Shown here in pieces: positions 50,396-60,113 of a stretch of DNA of 64,000 nucleotides. The translations under genes were made by a program, and so were the position numbers. The stretch is from an uncultured Methanosarcinales archaeon (GTDB lineage: Archaea; Nanobdellota; Nanobdellia; Woesearchaeales; CAIVOO01), in assembly GCA_964485195.1 (NCBI GenBank), contig CAZAIK010000005.1:3773-67772 (forward strand), written 5' to 3'. The notes under the pieces were generated by a model. It was given only the letters and a program-made list of their open reading frames with translations, was not told the origin of the DNA and made no database searches. Position 1 is the stretch's first letter. Each line of letters opens with the position of its first letter.

Positions 50396-51607
50396 ATGTA
50401 CAAGCTAAAGGATTTTGAGGAGGCAGTGGGTGCGAATGTCATAAAGCAGGTTGAGGAGGAGGTTTCTCCCCTGGTGGGAAAGCACATAGTCCATCTTAAT
50501 TCCACATATTACGGGGGCGGCGTTGCTGAAATGCTCACAAGCCTTGTCCCGCTTTTCAATGACATCGGGATAAGCACGGGCTGGAGGCTTCTTAAGGGAA
50601 ATCCTGATTTCTTCACCATAACAAAAAAGTTCCATAACGCGCTTCAGGGCGACAGGATACACATGACCAATCTCAAGAAAAAGATTTATGAGAAAATGAA
50701 CAGGATGAATTCCAAGTTCACGCACATTTCCCACCACGACTGCATTATAGTGCACGACCCGCAGCCTTTGCCGATGATAAAGAATTACAGGAAAACCCAG
50801 CCGTGGATGTGGAGATGCCATATCGACATTTCCAGGACCAACAGGGAGGTCTGGAACTACCTGAAGCAGTTTGTGCACAAATATGACAGGGTAATCGTGA
50901 GCAAAAACACATTCAAGAGGTCAAAGCTAAAAGTGCCCCAGGAAGTAATTTACCCATCCATCAATCCCCTGAGCAACAAGAATAAGGAGCTTTCGGAAAG
51001 CGATATCAAGAAATACCTGAAAAAGTTTGGCATAGACCGGGACAAGCCAATCATCAGCCAGATATCAAGGTTTGACAAGTGGAAAGATCCCATAGGAGTG
51101 ATCAAGGCTTACAAGAAGGTAAAAAAAGAGAGGGACTGCCGTCTCGTACTGCTCGGCAGTATGGCAATGGATGATCCTGAAGGACAGAAGATTTACCAGG
51201 AGATAGTTGAGATGGTGAAAGGCGATGAGGACATACATATCATAAACTTTGAGAATGAAATTTTAGTGAATGTCCTGCAAAGGGCTTCCTCGGTCGTCAT
51301 ACAAAAATCCCTGAAGGAGGGCTTTGGCCTTACAGTGAGCGAGGCTATGTGGAAAGGAACACCTGTGGTCGCAAGCAATGTGGGAGGCATAAGCCTGCAG
51401 GTCAAGAACGATTATAACGGCTACCTGGTAAATTCCATCAGCGACTGCGCCTCAAAGGTGAAACATCTTCTGAAGCATCCCAAAAAAGCAGAGCAGATGG
51501 GAAGAAGGGGGCACGAGACAGTCAAGAAAAAATTCCTTATCACAAGGCATATGCTTGATTATATTCATCTGCTCAAGAAGCAATTGATAAACTACAAACC
51601 AAACTAA
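50396..51607 (+). CDS. treT: Trehalose synthase-like glycosyltransferase
   Basis: NSTYYGGGVAEML, HDPQP, WRCHID, SRFDKWKDP, EGFGLTVSEA. Confidence 0.88.
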   Translation: MYKLKDFEEAVGANVIKQVEEEVSPLVGKHIVHLNSTYYGGGVAEMLTSLVPLFNDIGISTGWRLLKGNPDFFTITKKFHNALQGDRIHMTNLKKKIYEKMNRMNSKFTHISHHDCIIVHDPQPLPMIKNYRKTQPWMWRCHIDISRTNREVWNYLKQFVHKYDRVIVSKNTFKRSKLKVPQEVIYPSINPLSNKNKELSESDIKKYLKKFGIDRDKPIISQISRFDKWKDPIGVIKAYKKVKKERDCRLVLLGSMAMDDPEGQKIYQEIVEMVKGDEDIHIINFENEILVNVLQRASSVVIQKSLKEGFGLTVSEAMWKGTPVVASNVGGISLQVKNDYNGYLVNSISDCASKVKHLLKHPKKAEQMGRRGHETVKKKFLITRHMLDYIHLLKKQLINYKPN

Positions 51608-51620
51608 GGAGGTAAAAAAA

Positions 51621-51902
51621 ATGCTGTCAAAGATACCAATAAACCTGGAGAATGTTAAAAAAGAGGACATTGACAAGGAAGTGCTAAGGGCTGGGATAAT
51701 TGCAGAGCTTGACGCGGTAAGTCTTTACGAGCAAATGGCTGCAATGACAACAAATGAAAACATAAGAAAGGTTCTTCTTGATGTTGCAAAAGAAGAAAAA
51801 ACCCACGTGGGAGAGTTCCAGGCGCTTCTGTTAAAGCTTGACCAGGAGCAGGTCAAGGAGATGGAAGAGGGCAAGAAGGAAGTGGACGAGCTTACCGAAT
51901 GA
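51621..51902 (+). CDS. Small ferritin-like/rubrerythrin-like protein
   Basis: AELDAVSLYEQ...EEKTHVGE. Confidence 0.9.
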   Translation: MLSKIPINLENVKKEDIDKEVLRAGIIAELDAVSLYEQMAAMTTNENIRKVLLDVAKEEKTHVGEFQALLLKLDQEQVKEMEEGKKEVDELTE

Positions 51903-52377
51903 TTATCTTTTTATCAAATCTGTCCGCAATCCAGGCATATGCCTGCTCCTTGCTGGACACGAGAGGCGGGCCTTTGTTATTGCCGAATATCCTTCCTGCA
52001 TAAGCAGAATACATATCTGCAATATCCGCCAGTGTTAGATACCATCTTAATATATCTTCCCTCTCAGGCAGGCTTCCCAGATGCTCTGCAAGGTCAAGGT
52101 ATTCGCAAAAGCTGAACCTGTCTCCTTCATACTGCCTTCGCAATATCTCAAAGAAGTATTCAAATCTTGTCCCATCCTTCCTTTCTATCCTGTATACCTC
52201 TTCCCCCTCCCTCAGCAATCTTATTTTGTTAAATAGGCAAAACCCTTCCTGCTCCTGGGTTAACCTGCACCCCAGTATTTCCAGCTCTCTCGTCACAACA
52301 TTCTCATTAAACTGGTCGGAATTGTTAAGAATCTCGTAAGCTTTTCCAATCACATCCAGGCAATATTGCTTATCCAT
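51892..52377 (-). CDS. Hypothetical protein
   Basis: 161-aa ORF coupled to the upstream gene. Confidence 0.6.
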   Translation of the reverse strand: MDKQYCLDVIGKAYEILNNSDQFNENVVTRELEILGCRLTQEQEGFCLFNKIRLLREGEEVYRIERKDGTRFEYFFEILRRQYEGDRFSFCEYLDLAEHLGSLPEREDILRWYLTLADIADMYSAYAGRIFGNNKGPPLVSSKEQAYAWIADRFDKKIIIR

Positions 52378-52612
52378 ACTGCTTTAGCTTTCCAGCTATC
52401 CTGCCAATCCACACAGCCATAATCACTGCAAGTATCGTTATTATTACGGCGTAAAAGAAAGGCCCGTATTTCTCAAGCCCTATGTTCTTGATGGTCTGCT
52501 GGATTGCCTCGTTCCACGCCAGTGCTGCTGCCAGTGCAAAACCCGCTGTTATGAATGCTGACAATTTGTCCACTACCTGTTCCTTGACTTGCTTATTGCC
52601 TTTCCTGCTCAT
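52370..52612 (-). CDS. Small membrane protein (DUF5654-like)
   Basis: AALAWNEAI...YAVIIT. Confidence 0.8.
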   Translation of the reverse strand: MSRKGNKQVKEQVVDKLSAFITAGFALAAALAWNEAIQQTIKNIGLEKYGPFFYAVIITILAVIMAVWIGRIAGKLKQYG

Positions 52613-53519
52613 CCTTCATCTCCTTTTCCTTTCTCAACAGGGAATTCCACTTTTCGTCAACGTGTTTTTGGAGTTTTTCCAGTGTCTTGCCATCCAGATG
52701 CTTAAATCTTTTTTGCGCCTGGGCAAACTCTTTTATTGAGATTTTTTTGGAAGGCTTGAAGTTAACAGCATACTTGCCTTTCTCAACCTCGTACAACGGC
52801 CAGAAGCAGGATTTCACCGCCATATCCGCCAGATCCACTCCCTCGTCTGTATCAATGCCCCACTGGTTGCACGGCGCAATGACATTGATGAAAGCAGGCC
52901 CTTTTGTTTCAAAGGCCTTTTTTGCCTTCTTGAACAGGTCAAAGGGATGCGAAGGCGAGGCCTGGGCAACATAGGGAATTCCGTGCGCTGCCATTATCTC
53001 TGTGAGGTCCTTCCTGAAGTTTTCCTTGCCTTTCTTAACTCCTCCTGCAGGGGAGGTTGTGGTGCTTGCGCCGTAGGGAGTGGCAGAGCTTCTTTGGTTT
53101 CCCGTGTTCATATATCCCTCATTGTTGTAGCATACATAGACAAAGTCGTGGCCTCTCTCAGCTGCTCCTGACAGTGACTGCAGGCCTATGTCATAGGAGC
53201 CCCCGTCGCCTCCTATCGCGAGAAACTTGACTTCCTTGCTTATCTTTCCTTTTTTCTTAAGTACCTTGTAAGCTCTCTCAACACCTGATATTGTTGCTGC
53301 CGCGTTTTCAAAGGCATTGTGTATGAAGGAGACGTTCCAGGATGAGTAGGGGTATATTGTTGTTGCGACTTCCAGACAGCCGGTTGCGCAGGAAACAACA
53401 ACCTCCTTGTCTGTTGCTGCAAGAATCCACCTGACTATCGGAGGGCTCAGGCATCCGGGACAGAGCCTGTGGCCTGAAACAATCCTTTTCTCCTTCCCTT
53501 CCAGCTCGTGGAATTTCAT
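52593..53519 (-). CDS. porB: Pyruvate:ferredoxin oxidoreductase beta subunit
   Basis: GHRLCPGC, GGDGG..DIG, YMNTG. Confidence 0.93.
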   Translation of the reverse strand: MKFHELEGKEKRIVSGHRLCPGCLSPPIVRWILAATDKEVVVSCATGCLEVATTIYPYSSWNVSFIHNAFENAAATISGVERAYKVLKKKGKISKEVKFLAIGGDGGSYDIGLQSLSGAAERGHDFVYVCYNNEGYMNTGNQRSSATPYGASTTTSPAGGVKKGKENFRKDLTEIMAAHGIPYVAQASPSHPFDLFKKAKKAFETKGPAFINVIAPCNQWGIDTDEGVDLADMAVKSCFWPLYEVEKGKYAVNFKPSKKISIKEFAQAQKRFKHLDGKTLEKLQKHVDEKWNSLLRKEKEMKDEQERQ

Positions 53520-54661
53520 TCTCTCACTCCAACATATCTTATTTTATTGTTAATTTTCCTGTTTTCCAGGTCATCAAATATCTCTTCAACATCTTTCTCA
53601 AACAGTTCTCTTCCGCCCAGCCCGTAAACACAGCTTTGGATTTCGTTGTCCAGGCTGAAAAGGCTGTTTTTTATTTCCGCGCAGATGGGAGGGGTTGCCC
53701 CGAAAGACTCGCTCCTGTCCAGCACTGCTATTGTCTTTCCCCCCAGGGCATTCCGGACTTCCTCGTAGGGGAACGGCCTGAAAAGAACAGGCTTCAGCAA
53801 GCCAACTTTTTTGCCTTTTTTCCTTAACCTGTCCACCACTGTCTTGGCAGTGCCAGCACTGCTGTTCATAACCACAAGAACAAAATCCGCATCTTCCGCA
53901 TTATATGATTCAAAAAGAGGATATTTCCTGTTTGTCAGCCTTGACAGCTCAGCACTTATGTCCATAAAAACGTTTTTTGCGTTTTCAATGGCTTCCGCGA
54001 CCTGCCTCTTTGTCTCAAAATTATAGTCAGGAAGCTGCAACGCCCCGTATGTTATTTTTTCCTTCAGCAAACTTGTCCCGGGAGTGTATTCCTTTACAAA
54101 GTTCTTTACCGTATGGTCTTCCAGAAGCTCAACTTCCTCAAGCGCGTGCGAGGTTATGAAGCCGTCCTGCATAACCATCACAGGCAGCTCTGCCTTTTCA
54201 GCAATCTTTTGCGCCAGCAGGGTGCTGTCATAAACCTCCTGGCTGTTCTCGCAATAAATCTGCACCCATCCCAAGTCCCTGCAGGCCATGCTGTCGGAAT
54301 GGTCGCAGTGGATATTAATGGGGGCTGACAATGCGCGGTTGACAACGTGCATTGTTATGGGAAGCCTCAGCCCAGAGGCTATGGGAAGTATCTCCAGCAT
54401 AAGCGCCAGCCCGTTCGCAGAGGTGGCAGTCCAGGCCCTTGCCCCTGCAGCGCTCGCCCCCACTGCCGCGCTCATAGAGGAATGCTCGCTCTCAACGCGC
54501 ACCAGCTCAGTATCAACCTCCCCGTCTGCAACAAACTTTGCAAAGGTTTCCATCACAGGTGTTTGGGGAGTTATTGGATACACAGGAGCAACATCAGGAT
54601 TAATCTGCCTCATTGCGTGGGCAGCTGCCTGCGCCCCGGTCATACCCATTTTCTTAGTCAT
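53516..54661 (-). CDS. porA: Pyruvate:ferredoxin oxidoreductase alpha subunit
   Basis: YPITPQT, ESEHS, DHSD, YGLGGR. Confidence 0.95.
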   Translation of the reverse strand: MTKKMGMTGAQAAAHAMRQINPDVAPVYPITPQTPVMETFAKFVADGEVDTELVRVESEHSSMSAAVGASAAGARAWTATSANGLALMLEILPIASGLRLPITMHVVNRALSAPINIHCDHSDSMACRDLGWVQIYCENSQEVYDSTLLAQKIAEKAELPVMVMQDGFITSHALEEVELLEDHTVKNFVKEYTPGTSLLKEKITYGALQLPDYNFETKRQVAEAIENAKNVFMDISAELSRLTNRKYPLFESYNAEDADFVLVVMNSSAGTAKTVVDRLRKKGKKVGLLKPVLFRPFPYEEVRNALGGKTIAVLDRSESFGATPPICAEIKNSLFSLDNEIQSCVYGLGGRELFEKDVEEIFDDLENRKINNKIRYVGVRE

Positions 54662-54935
54662 TTTCCACCTTTACCATCTTGATTGCATTAACAGGGCAGA
54701 CTTTCGCACATAACTTGCATCCCTTGCAATAGTCCATATCAGCAACTATCTTTCCTTCTTTTTCAGATATGCACAGGTCAGGACAGTAAATGATGCACTT
54801 ATGGCAATTGATGCACTTTTCCTGGTCTATAACCGGCCTGAAGGCCTTCCACTCCCCTGTCCTGAACTTCAAGGAAGTTGCCGGCTCTGCAATCCCTGCC
54901 TTTCTGATCTCTTTCCAGCCTTTTTGCCTAATCAT
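54654..54935 (-). CDS. porD: Pyruvate:ferredoxin oxidoreductase delta subunit
   Basis: Two CxxCxxCxxxCP motifs, TGEW. Confidence 0.93.
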   Translation of the reverse strand: MIRQKGWKEIRKAGIAEPATSLKFRTGEWKAFRPVIDQEKCINCHKCIIYCPDLCISEKEGKIVADMDYCKGCKLCAKVCPVNAIKMVKVEND

Positions 54936-55497
54936 TTTTCATTTTCTTGGCAGCTGTTTCAAACGCCTGAAGGTTTTTTTCAGCCACCTTAATGTCTTTT
55001 TTGTTTTTGAAATACTCCTTTAACTCCCATTTCAATAATTTCAATTCCAAAAACCCTGACTTTTCCCATTCTGCAACCTTGGTTAATGCTCCCAGCATAG
55101 AAGTATTCACTATGTTTTTGCCAAAGATTTCAAGAGCAATACTGGTGGCGTCTATCGTGTGAACAGACGCCCTTGTTTTTTCCCTGAAAGCTGAGGCTTT
55201 TTTGCTTGTGTTAACAATCAAAACCCCCTTTTCTCCAAGCCCCTGATAAATTTCTGGCATTTCCATCAGGGAATCGTCAAGCACCACAACAATCGAGGGG
55301 GATGTCACAGGCTCGTGGGTTTTTATGGTTTCATCAGAGACCCTCACAAAGCTTTTCACAGGCGCGCCCCTTCTTTCAGGGCCAAATTCGGGAAATGCCT
55401 GGGCGTGCTTGCCCTGCTTTATGAAAGCATCTGCCAATATCTGGGCCATTATCTTTATTCCTTGCCCTCCCCTTCCGTGAAACCTGATTTCCGGCAT
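54928..55497 (-). CDS. Pyruvate:ferredoxin oxidoreductase gamma subunit
   Basis: IRFHGRGGQG, FGPERRGAPV. Confidence 0.93.
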   Translation of the reverse strand: MPEIRFHGRGGQGIKIMAQILADAFIKQGKHAQAFPEFGPERRGAPVKSFVRVSDETIKTHEPVTSPSIVVVLDDSLMEMPEIYQGLGEKGVLIVNTSKKASAFREKTRASVHTIDATSIALEIFGKNIVNTSMLGALTKVAEWEKSGFLELKLLKWELKEYFKNKKDIKVAEKNLQAFETAAKKMKND

Positions 55498-55604
55498 TTA
55501 AACCCTTTAAAAGCCTTTTATTTTTAAAACCAAAGGTTTCTTTCCTGATATGTCTAAACTTTCTGACGCAAGGCTGATAAAAACAAAAAAAAGAATTAAA
55601 ATTT

Positions 55605-55991
55605 CTAGAACTCCTCTGAGTCCTCTGCTCCATCCTGAACCGGCTCTTCAGCAGGCTGTTCCTCACCTTCAGCTTCCGGCTCTGTCTCCTCAGCAGGCTG
55701 TTCAGAAGGCTCTTCTTCGGGAGTTGACTGCGCTTCTCCTACAACTTCTGCAAAAGCCATCTTCCTGAAGACCTTTGTTATCCTTACCCTTACAGTGTCT
55801 CCCTGCTGGGTTCCCGGGACAAATATAACAAAGCCTTTTTTCTTTGCCACTCCGTCCCCTTTTTCTCCTACTGACTCTATGGTCACATCCAATTCTTCGC
55901 CCACTCTGACAGGCCTGAACCTGTCATTGTTTCCAAATCTGTTTCTTGGCCTGAATCCGCCATATTGGCCATCTTCTTCTCCATATTGCAT
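55605..55991 (-). CDS. Single-TRAM domain protein with acidic tail
   Basis: GEKGDGVAK..GFVIFVPG..GDTVRVRI. Confidence 0.9.
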   Translation of the reverse strand: MQYGEEDGQYGGFRPRNRFGNNDRFRPVRVGEELDVTIESVGEKGDGVAKKKGFVIFVPGTQQGDTVRVRITKVFRKMAFAEVVGEAQSTPEEEPSEQPAEETEPEAEGEEQPAEEPVQDGAEDSEEF

Positions 55992-56089
55992 TTCTTCATA
56001 CCTCAGTTCAACATCGGCCGATGAAGCTCAGCCGGGGTTTTACCCGCCCTACTGGAAGACAGGAGGTTTTATAAAACTATGGGTTTGGC

Positions 56090-56230
56090 GGTTAAGTCAG
56101 CTTGCCTGTGTTAGCGCCAAGCGTAGTCTGCGGTTAACCTGTCAGATGCAAAATAAATCGGACGCTGAACCATTTAACACGATGCCAACGGAGCGCGCTA
56201 ACACAGCTACACAACTAACTTTACTTAACC
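56090..56230. mobile_element. 141-bp MITE-like element with 9-bp target-site duplication
   Basis: GGGTTTGGC at 56081-56089 and 56231-56239; termini GGTTAAGT/ACTTAACC; inner 12-bp inverted repeat. Confidence 0.65.
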
Positions 56231-56273
56231 GGGTTTGGCAAATATTTTAAAACCAAGCATCTTACAGGGCAGT

Positions 56274-56975
56274 ATGATTGAAATCAGGGACCTGTGCCTG
56301 CTGATATGCAAAGAAATCCTTGTCATCAGCGATTTGCACATTGGATACGAGGAAGCCCTCAACAAGCAAGGTGTCTTGATTCCCAGGATGCAGTTTGGTG
56401 AGATTGAAAAAAGGCTCAGGAAAATCCTTGGAAATAAAAAATTCAAAAAAATAATTGTCAATGGCGACCTGAAGCACGAGTTCGGGGAAATCTCCCGGCA
56501 GGAATGGAAGCATTCCTTGCAGCTGCTGGACCTGCTGGAGAAGCACTGCGATAAAGTTCTGCTGGTGAAGGGAAACCACGACACCATTCTCGGCCCCATT
56601 GCCAAAAAGAAAAACATTGAAATAGTTGAAGATGTGAAATTAGGAGATATCCTGGTAATCCACGGGCACAAGGCTGTTGGGAATGAAAAGCTTAAAGATG
56701 TAAAGACAATAGTGATAGGTCACGAGCATCCCGCAATTTCCATACAGGAAGGGTTAAGGTCTGAGAGATTCAAATGTTTTTTGTTCGGAAAATACAAAAG
56801 GAAAAACCTTATTGTGATGCCTTCCTTCAATCCCCTGCTGGAAGGGCCGGACGTTGCCAAGGAAAAACTGCTCAGCCCCTTCATAAAGAACATAGGAGAG
56901 TTCAGGGCAGTGGTGATAACAGAGGACGGGAAGGCGCTGGATTTCGGGAAGATAAAAGAGCTTCAAAATGTTTGA
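56274..56975 (+). CDS. Metallophosphoesterase (Lhr-associated type)
   Basis: DLHIG, GDLKH, GNHD, HGH, GHEHP. Confidence 0.93.
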   Translation: MIEIRDLCLLICKEILVISDLHIGYEEALNKQGVLIPRMQFGEIEKRLRKILGNKKFKKIIVNGDLKHEFGEISRQEWKHSLQLLDLLEKHCDKVLLVKGNHDTILGPIAKKKNIEIVEDVKLGDILVIHGHKAVGNEKLKDVKTIVIGHEHPAISIQEGLRSERFKCFLFGKYKRKNLIVMPSFNPLLEGPDVAKEKLLSPFIKNIGEFRAVVITEDGKALDFGKIKELQNV

Positions 56976-57450
56976 CCTGATAAAGGCTGTTTTTGCACAG
57001 CACAGAGGAGCTGTATCAGCATTGGCGCTTTTGCATATTTTTACTTTCATACCTGCAGCCATGGTTTTCTGGCTTGAGAATGACCCGGCTCATCACCTTG
57101 TTTATTATGCTTTCATAGCTGCTGTGGCTGCCATCACCAGCTGGGTGCTTTCTGCAATCACAAAGGGCGCCAAGCCCGATGTGAATCATTATGTCATAAA
57201 GATGGAGGTAACTTTTGTGCTTCTCGCCCTGATTGTGGCTCCCTTCCTCCTAACTTTTTATCTTAAGACTGCCGTGTTTTTCGCCAATTCTTTTGGGCAG
57301 GTTTACCCTGATGTTTATACCGGGCCAAACAGGGCGGTATCTGCAACAGTTGTGTTCTTGTTTTACAACCTGTTCTTTTACAAGGACTTGTTTGCAGGTT
57401 TAATAAAAAAGAAAACTACAGCTTTGCCTTCACAGCCTTATCAGAGATGA
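56968..57450 (+). CDS. Hypothetical membrane protein
   Basis: About 4 hydrophobic segments; overlaps the upstream stop. Confidence 0.7.
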   Translation: MFDLIKAVFAQHRGAVSALALLHIFTFIPAAMVFWLENDPAHHLVYYAFIAAVAAITSWVLSAITKGAKPDVNHYVIKMEVTFVLLALIVAPFLLTFYLKTAVFFANSFGQVYPDVYTGPNRAVSATVVFLFYNLFFYKDLFAGLIKKKTTALPSQPYQR

Positions 57451-57952
57451 TGACGGAATTTCCTGTCTTGTCCTCTATGATTATTTTGATTTTTTCCTGG
57501 CCCCATATCGCCTTCTGAATTTTCTTCAGCAGGTTCTTCGCCTTTTTCCTGTCATTTTCATCCTCTGCATTCTCCCTCATCTGCTCTATTACATTCTTTA
57601 CCCTTTTCAGCAGCCCTTCCACGTTTGTGATGTATCCCTGGGACTGCGGGCCTGATTCTATTGTGATGACATGAGGTATTTTAACAATGCCCTCCGCAGA
57701 CTTGACTATTCGTATGTTCATATCCTCCTCGCTGCCAACTTCCAGGGTGTATTTCACAGGCGGAAATTGCTCTGCAAACTCCAGGTCAGAGATGTGATAC
57801 TTGCAGTTTTCGCAGGTCAGCGAATAAAGAAAAACTGTTACTTCCCTGTCTCCAAAAGGAATTTTTCTTTCCTGCTGTGTAAGTGTGGCTTTGTCAGCCT
57901 TGCACACAGGACATTGCTGTTCCGTAAGAACCTCTGCATTTTCCTCTGCCAT
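57416..57952 (-). CDS. ZPR1 zinc finger protein
   Basis: CPVC..IPFG..CENC, GYITNVEG, IEDKTGNS. Confidence 0.92.
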   Translation of the reverse strand: MAEENAEVLTEQQCPVCKADKATLTQQERKIPFGDREVTVFLYSLTCENCKYHISDLEFAEQFPPVKYTLEVGSEEDMNIRIVKSAEGIVKIPHVITIESGPQSQGYITNVEGLLKRVKNVIEQMRENAEDENDRKKAKNLLKKIQKAIWGQEKIKIIIEDKTGNSVIISDKAVKAKL

Positions 57953-58018
57953 AAAGGATTTTTTGCATACAAAATTTATAAATCTTTTGCAGAAGTAAAT
58001 TAAGATTAATCTAAAGGA

Positions 58019-58411
58019 CTACTGCTGCTGTTCATTAACCTTTTGCTCCCTGTGGATCCCTGCAAATGAAGGCACTGCTGCCACCCAGTCATCCCCGAAT
58101 CCCGCCAGGTCGCCGTCAATGGCATCGCACGTTTTCTTTAGCTTGTTAACAGCTCTTTTCAGCTCTACCAAATCCCTGTCCCTCAATGACCTTATGTTTA
58201 CAAGGGCTATTGTGTAGCCTTCTCTCAGGGCGTCAAGAACCGGCTTTACGTCCTCGAAGTCTTCAAGTATAAAGGGGCGCACCACAACCTTGCTCCTCGA
58301 GCGCTCCTCAGGCTCAACCTGTATGTAGTCTGATGACTCAACAGGTATCTCGTAATCGTCAGAACCAATGCCCTTTTTCAGTGAATTTGAAAGCCTTTTG
58401 AATATTCCCAT
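58019..58411 (-). CDS. sepF: Cell division protein SepF
   Basis: LREGYTIALVNI..ELKRAV..LKKT...DGDLAG. Confidence 0.9.
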   Translation of the reverse strand: MGIFKRLSNSLKKGIGSDDYEIPVESSDYIQVEPEERSRSKVVVRPFILEDFEDVKPVLDALREGYTIALVNIRSLRDRDLVELKRAVNKLKKTCDAIDGDLAGFGDDWVAAVPSFAGIHREQKVNEQQQ

Positions 58412-58551
58412 AAGAAGATTTTAGAGCGCACTTCTATATAAACTTTTCTATTTTTAATGGCTAAATCTTTTCTCCGGAGTAGTACAAAAAGTCCTGTGGA
58501 AAGCTTTAAATAATAGTGTTTAAAATAATTTATAAGGTGGTTTAAGAAGAA

Positions 58552-58839
58552 ATGGTCAGGAGATTAGACGGCGCTAGGAAAAGGTCACGGCACAAGATGC
58601 AGAAGAGCCGGAAGGCAAAGGGAAAGGTTAGCGTGACAAGGTTTTTCCAGGAGTTCAAGGAAGGCGACAAGGCAGTGCTGAATGCGGAGCCGGCTTACCA
58701 GAAAGGGATTTATCCCCTTCAGTTCCACGGGAAAACCGGGACAGTTAAAGGCAAGAAGGGCAGATGCTACAGGCTGGACTTGAAAGACGGGAAGATAAAG
58801 GCACTTGTGGTGCATCCAATTCATTTGAAAAAGGCATAA
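58552..58839 (+). CDS. rpl21e: 50S ribosomal protein L21e
   Basis: FHGKTGTV, VHPIHLK. Confidence 0.95.
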   Translation: MVRRLDGARKRSRHKMQKSRKAKGKVSVTRFFQEFKEGDKAVLNAEPAYQKGIYPLQFHGKTGTVKGKKGRCYRLDLKDGKIKALVVHPIHLKKA

Positions 58840-58841
58840 AA

Positions 58842-59180
58842 ATGGGAGAAGAAAAAAAAATAAATGAGGAAGCAATAACCCTTGCCGAGACCAAGAGCAT
58901 ACTGGACAAGGTAAAAGAGCGTGATGAGGAATTTGGTTTCAGGGCAGGAAGAACTTATGAGTACCTCAACGTCATAGAGATACAAAATGAAAAAAAGGCT
59001 CAGGAAATGAAGCAAAAGATTGCAGAGCTTGACATTCCGCGGCTGAAAACAGAGCACATAGTGAAGATTGTTGACTTGATGCCCAGGTCGCTGGAAGAGT
59101 TAAAGGTCGTGCTTCAGGGTGTTACGATAACAAATGAGAATCTTAAAAAGATTGAAGGGCTGCTTGGTAATGCGTCCTAA
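58842..59180 (+). CDS. rpo4: RNA polymerase subunit Rpo4 (F)
   Basis: KIVDLMPRS; conserved rpl21e-rpo4-DUF655 order. Confidence 0.88.
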   Translation: MGEEKKINEEAITLAETKSILDKVKERDEEFGFRAGRTYEYLNVIEIQNEKKAQEMKQKIAELDIPRLKTEHIVKIVDLMPRSLEELKVVLQGVTITNENLKKIEGLLGNAS

Positions 59181-59191
59181 AGCGGAAGAAA

Positions 59192-59743
59192 ATGGAAACA
59201 AAAGAAGAATACGCAATCATACTGGATTTCCTTCCGAATGGCTACCCGTTCGACACAAGGCCCAGTTTCAAAAAGACTCCCATAGCCCAGGCTATAGGCA
59301 AGAAGTATTTTTCCCTGCTTGAACTGGTTCCAAAGAGAGAGGTTTTTCTTCAGCTTCACGAAGATGTTTACATAGGAGAGGGCAAAAGAGAGAAAATACA
59401 CCACATAATAGGCAAGATCACTTCTGAAAAGCTTACCACAACTGCAAATGAAGAGCTTAAGCACGTGGTGAAAGAAACAGTTGACAATGATGAAAAAAGG
59501 TTCGTGGATTTCTTCAACAACGCCCAGTCCTTGACCACAAGGATGCATCAGCTTGAGTTGCTTCCCGGTCTGGGAAAGAAGCACATGTGGGAGATTCTTG
59601 AGGCAAGGAAAGAAAAACCTTTTGAATCATTTGAAGACCTAAAGAAAAGGGTAAAGCTGATGCCCAATCCCAAGACCGCGATAATAAAGAGAATCCTGAA
59701 GGAACTTACAGGAAAAGAGAAGCACTGCATATTTGTCAGGTGA
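59192..59743 (+). CDS. DUF655 nucleic-acid binding protein
   Basis: ILDFLPNG, FFNNA..RMHQLELLPGLGKK. Confidence 0.93.
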   Translation: METKEEYAIILDFLPNGYPFDTRPSFKKTPIAQAIGKKYFSLLELVPKREVFLQLHEDVYIGEGKREKIHHIIGKITSEKLTTTANEELKHVVKETVDNDEKRFVDFFNNAQSLTTRMHQLELLPGLGKKHMWEILEARKEKPFESFEDLKKRVKLMPNPKTAIIKRILKELTGKEKHCIFVR

Positions 59744-60113
59744 TTTTTTTGTATTCTATGATAACCCTTGCGTTTGATGATTCTGCTGTCACTTCCTTAT
59801 AATTTTTCTTAAGAAACTCGAACAGGTGGGCAAGCACGACATTATCATTGATTTGCTTTTCAATATCATCCCAAAGCACCGGTGCCAGGGGGACCGTATC
59901 ATCTTTCCTTTTGCTGAAAATCAGTTTCACACTGCCTGAGAATTCTTTGCCTTCCTCGCTGTTAACAGTAGCGGAGAAGGAATGGAGGGAAGAACCTTCA
60001 GGATTTTCTATTACTTTGTCTGTAAGAATGATTGTTATTTCATTTGCGTTTGTTTTTACTAATGTTGCAATGGTGCTTGTAATGCCTGAGATGAATTTTT
60101 GTTTCGGTTTCAT
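59736..60113 (-). CDS. Hypothetical protein
   Basis: ATGA overlap with the eIF2-gamma stop; starts MKPKQKFISG. Confidence 0.65.
   Translation of the reverse strand: MKPKQKFISGITSTIATLVKTNANEITIILTDKVIENPEGSSLHSFSATVNSEEGKEFSGSVKLIFSKRKDDTVPLAPVLWDDIEKQINDNVVLAHLFEFLKKNYKEVTAESSNARVIIEYKKIT

Noticed and set aside
56106-56206. Integron attC-like boxes (GTTAGCGC / GCGCTAAC)
   Set aside because: Boxes are in the wrong order for an attC site, occur once, and no integron integrase is present.
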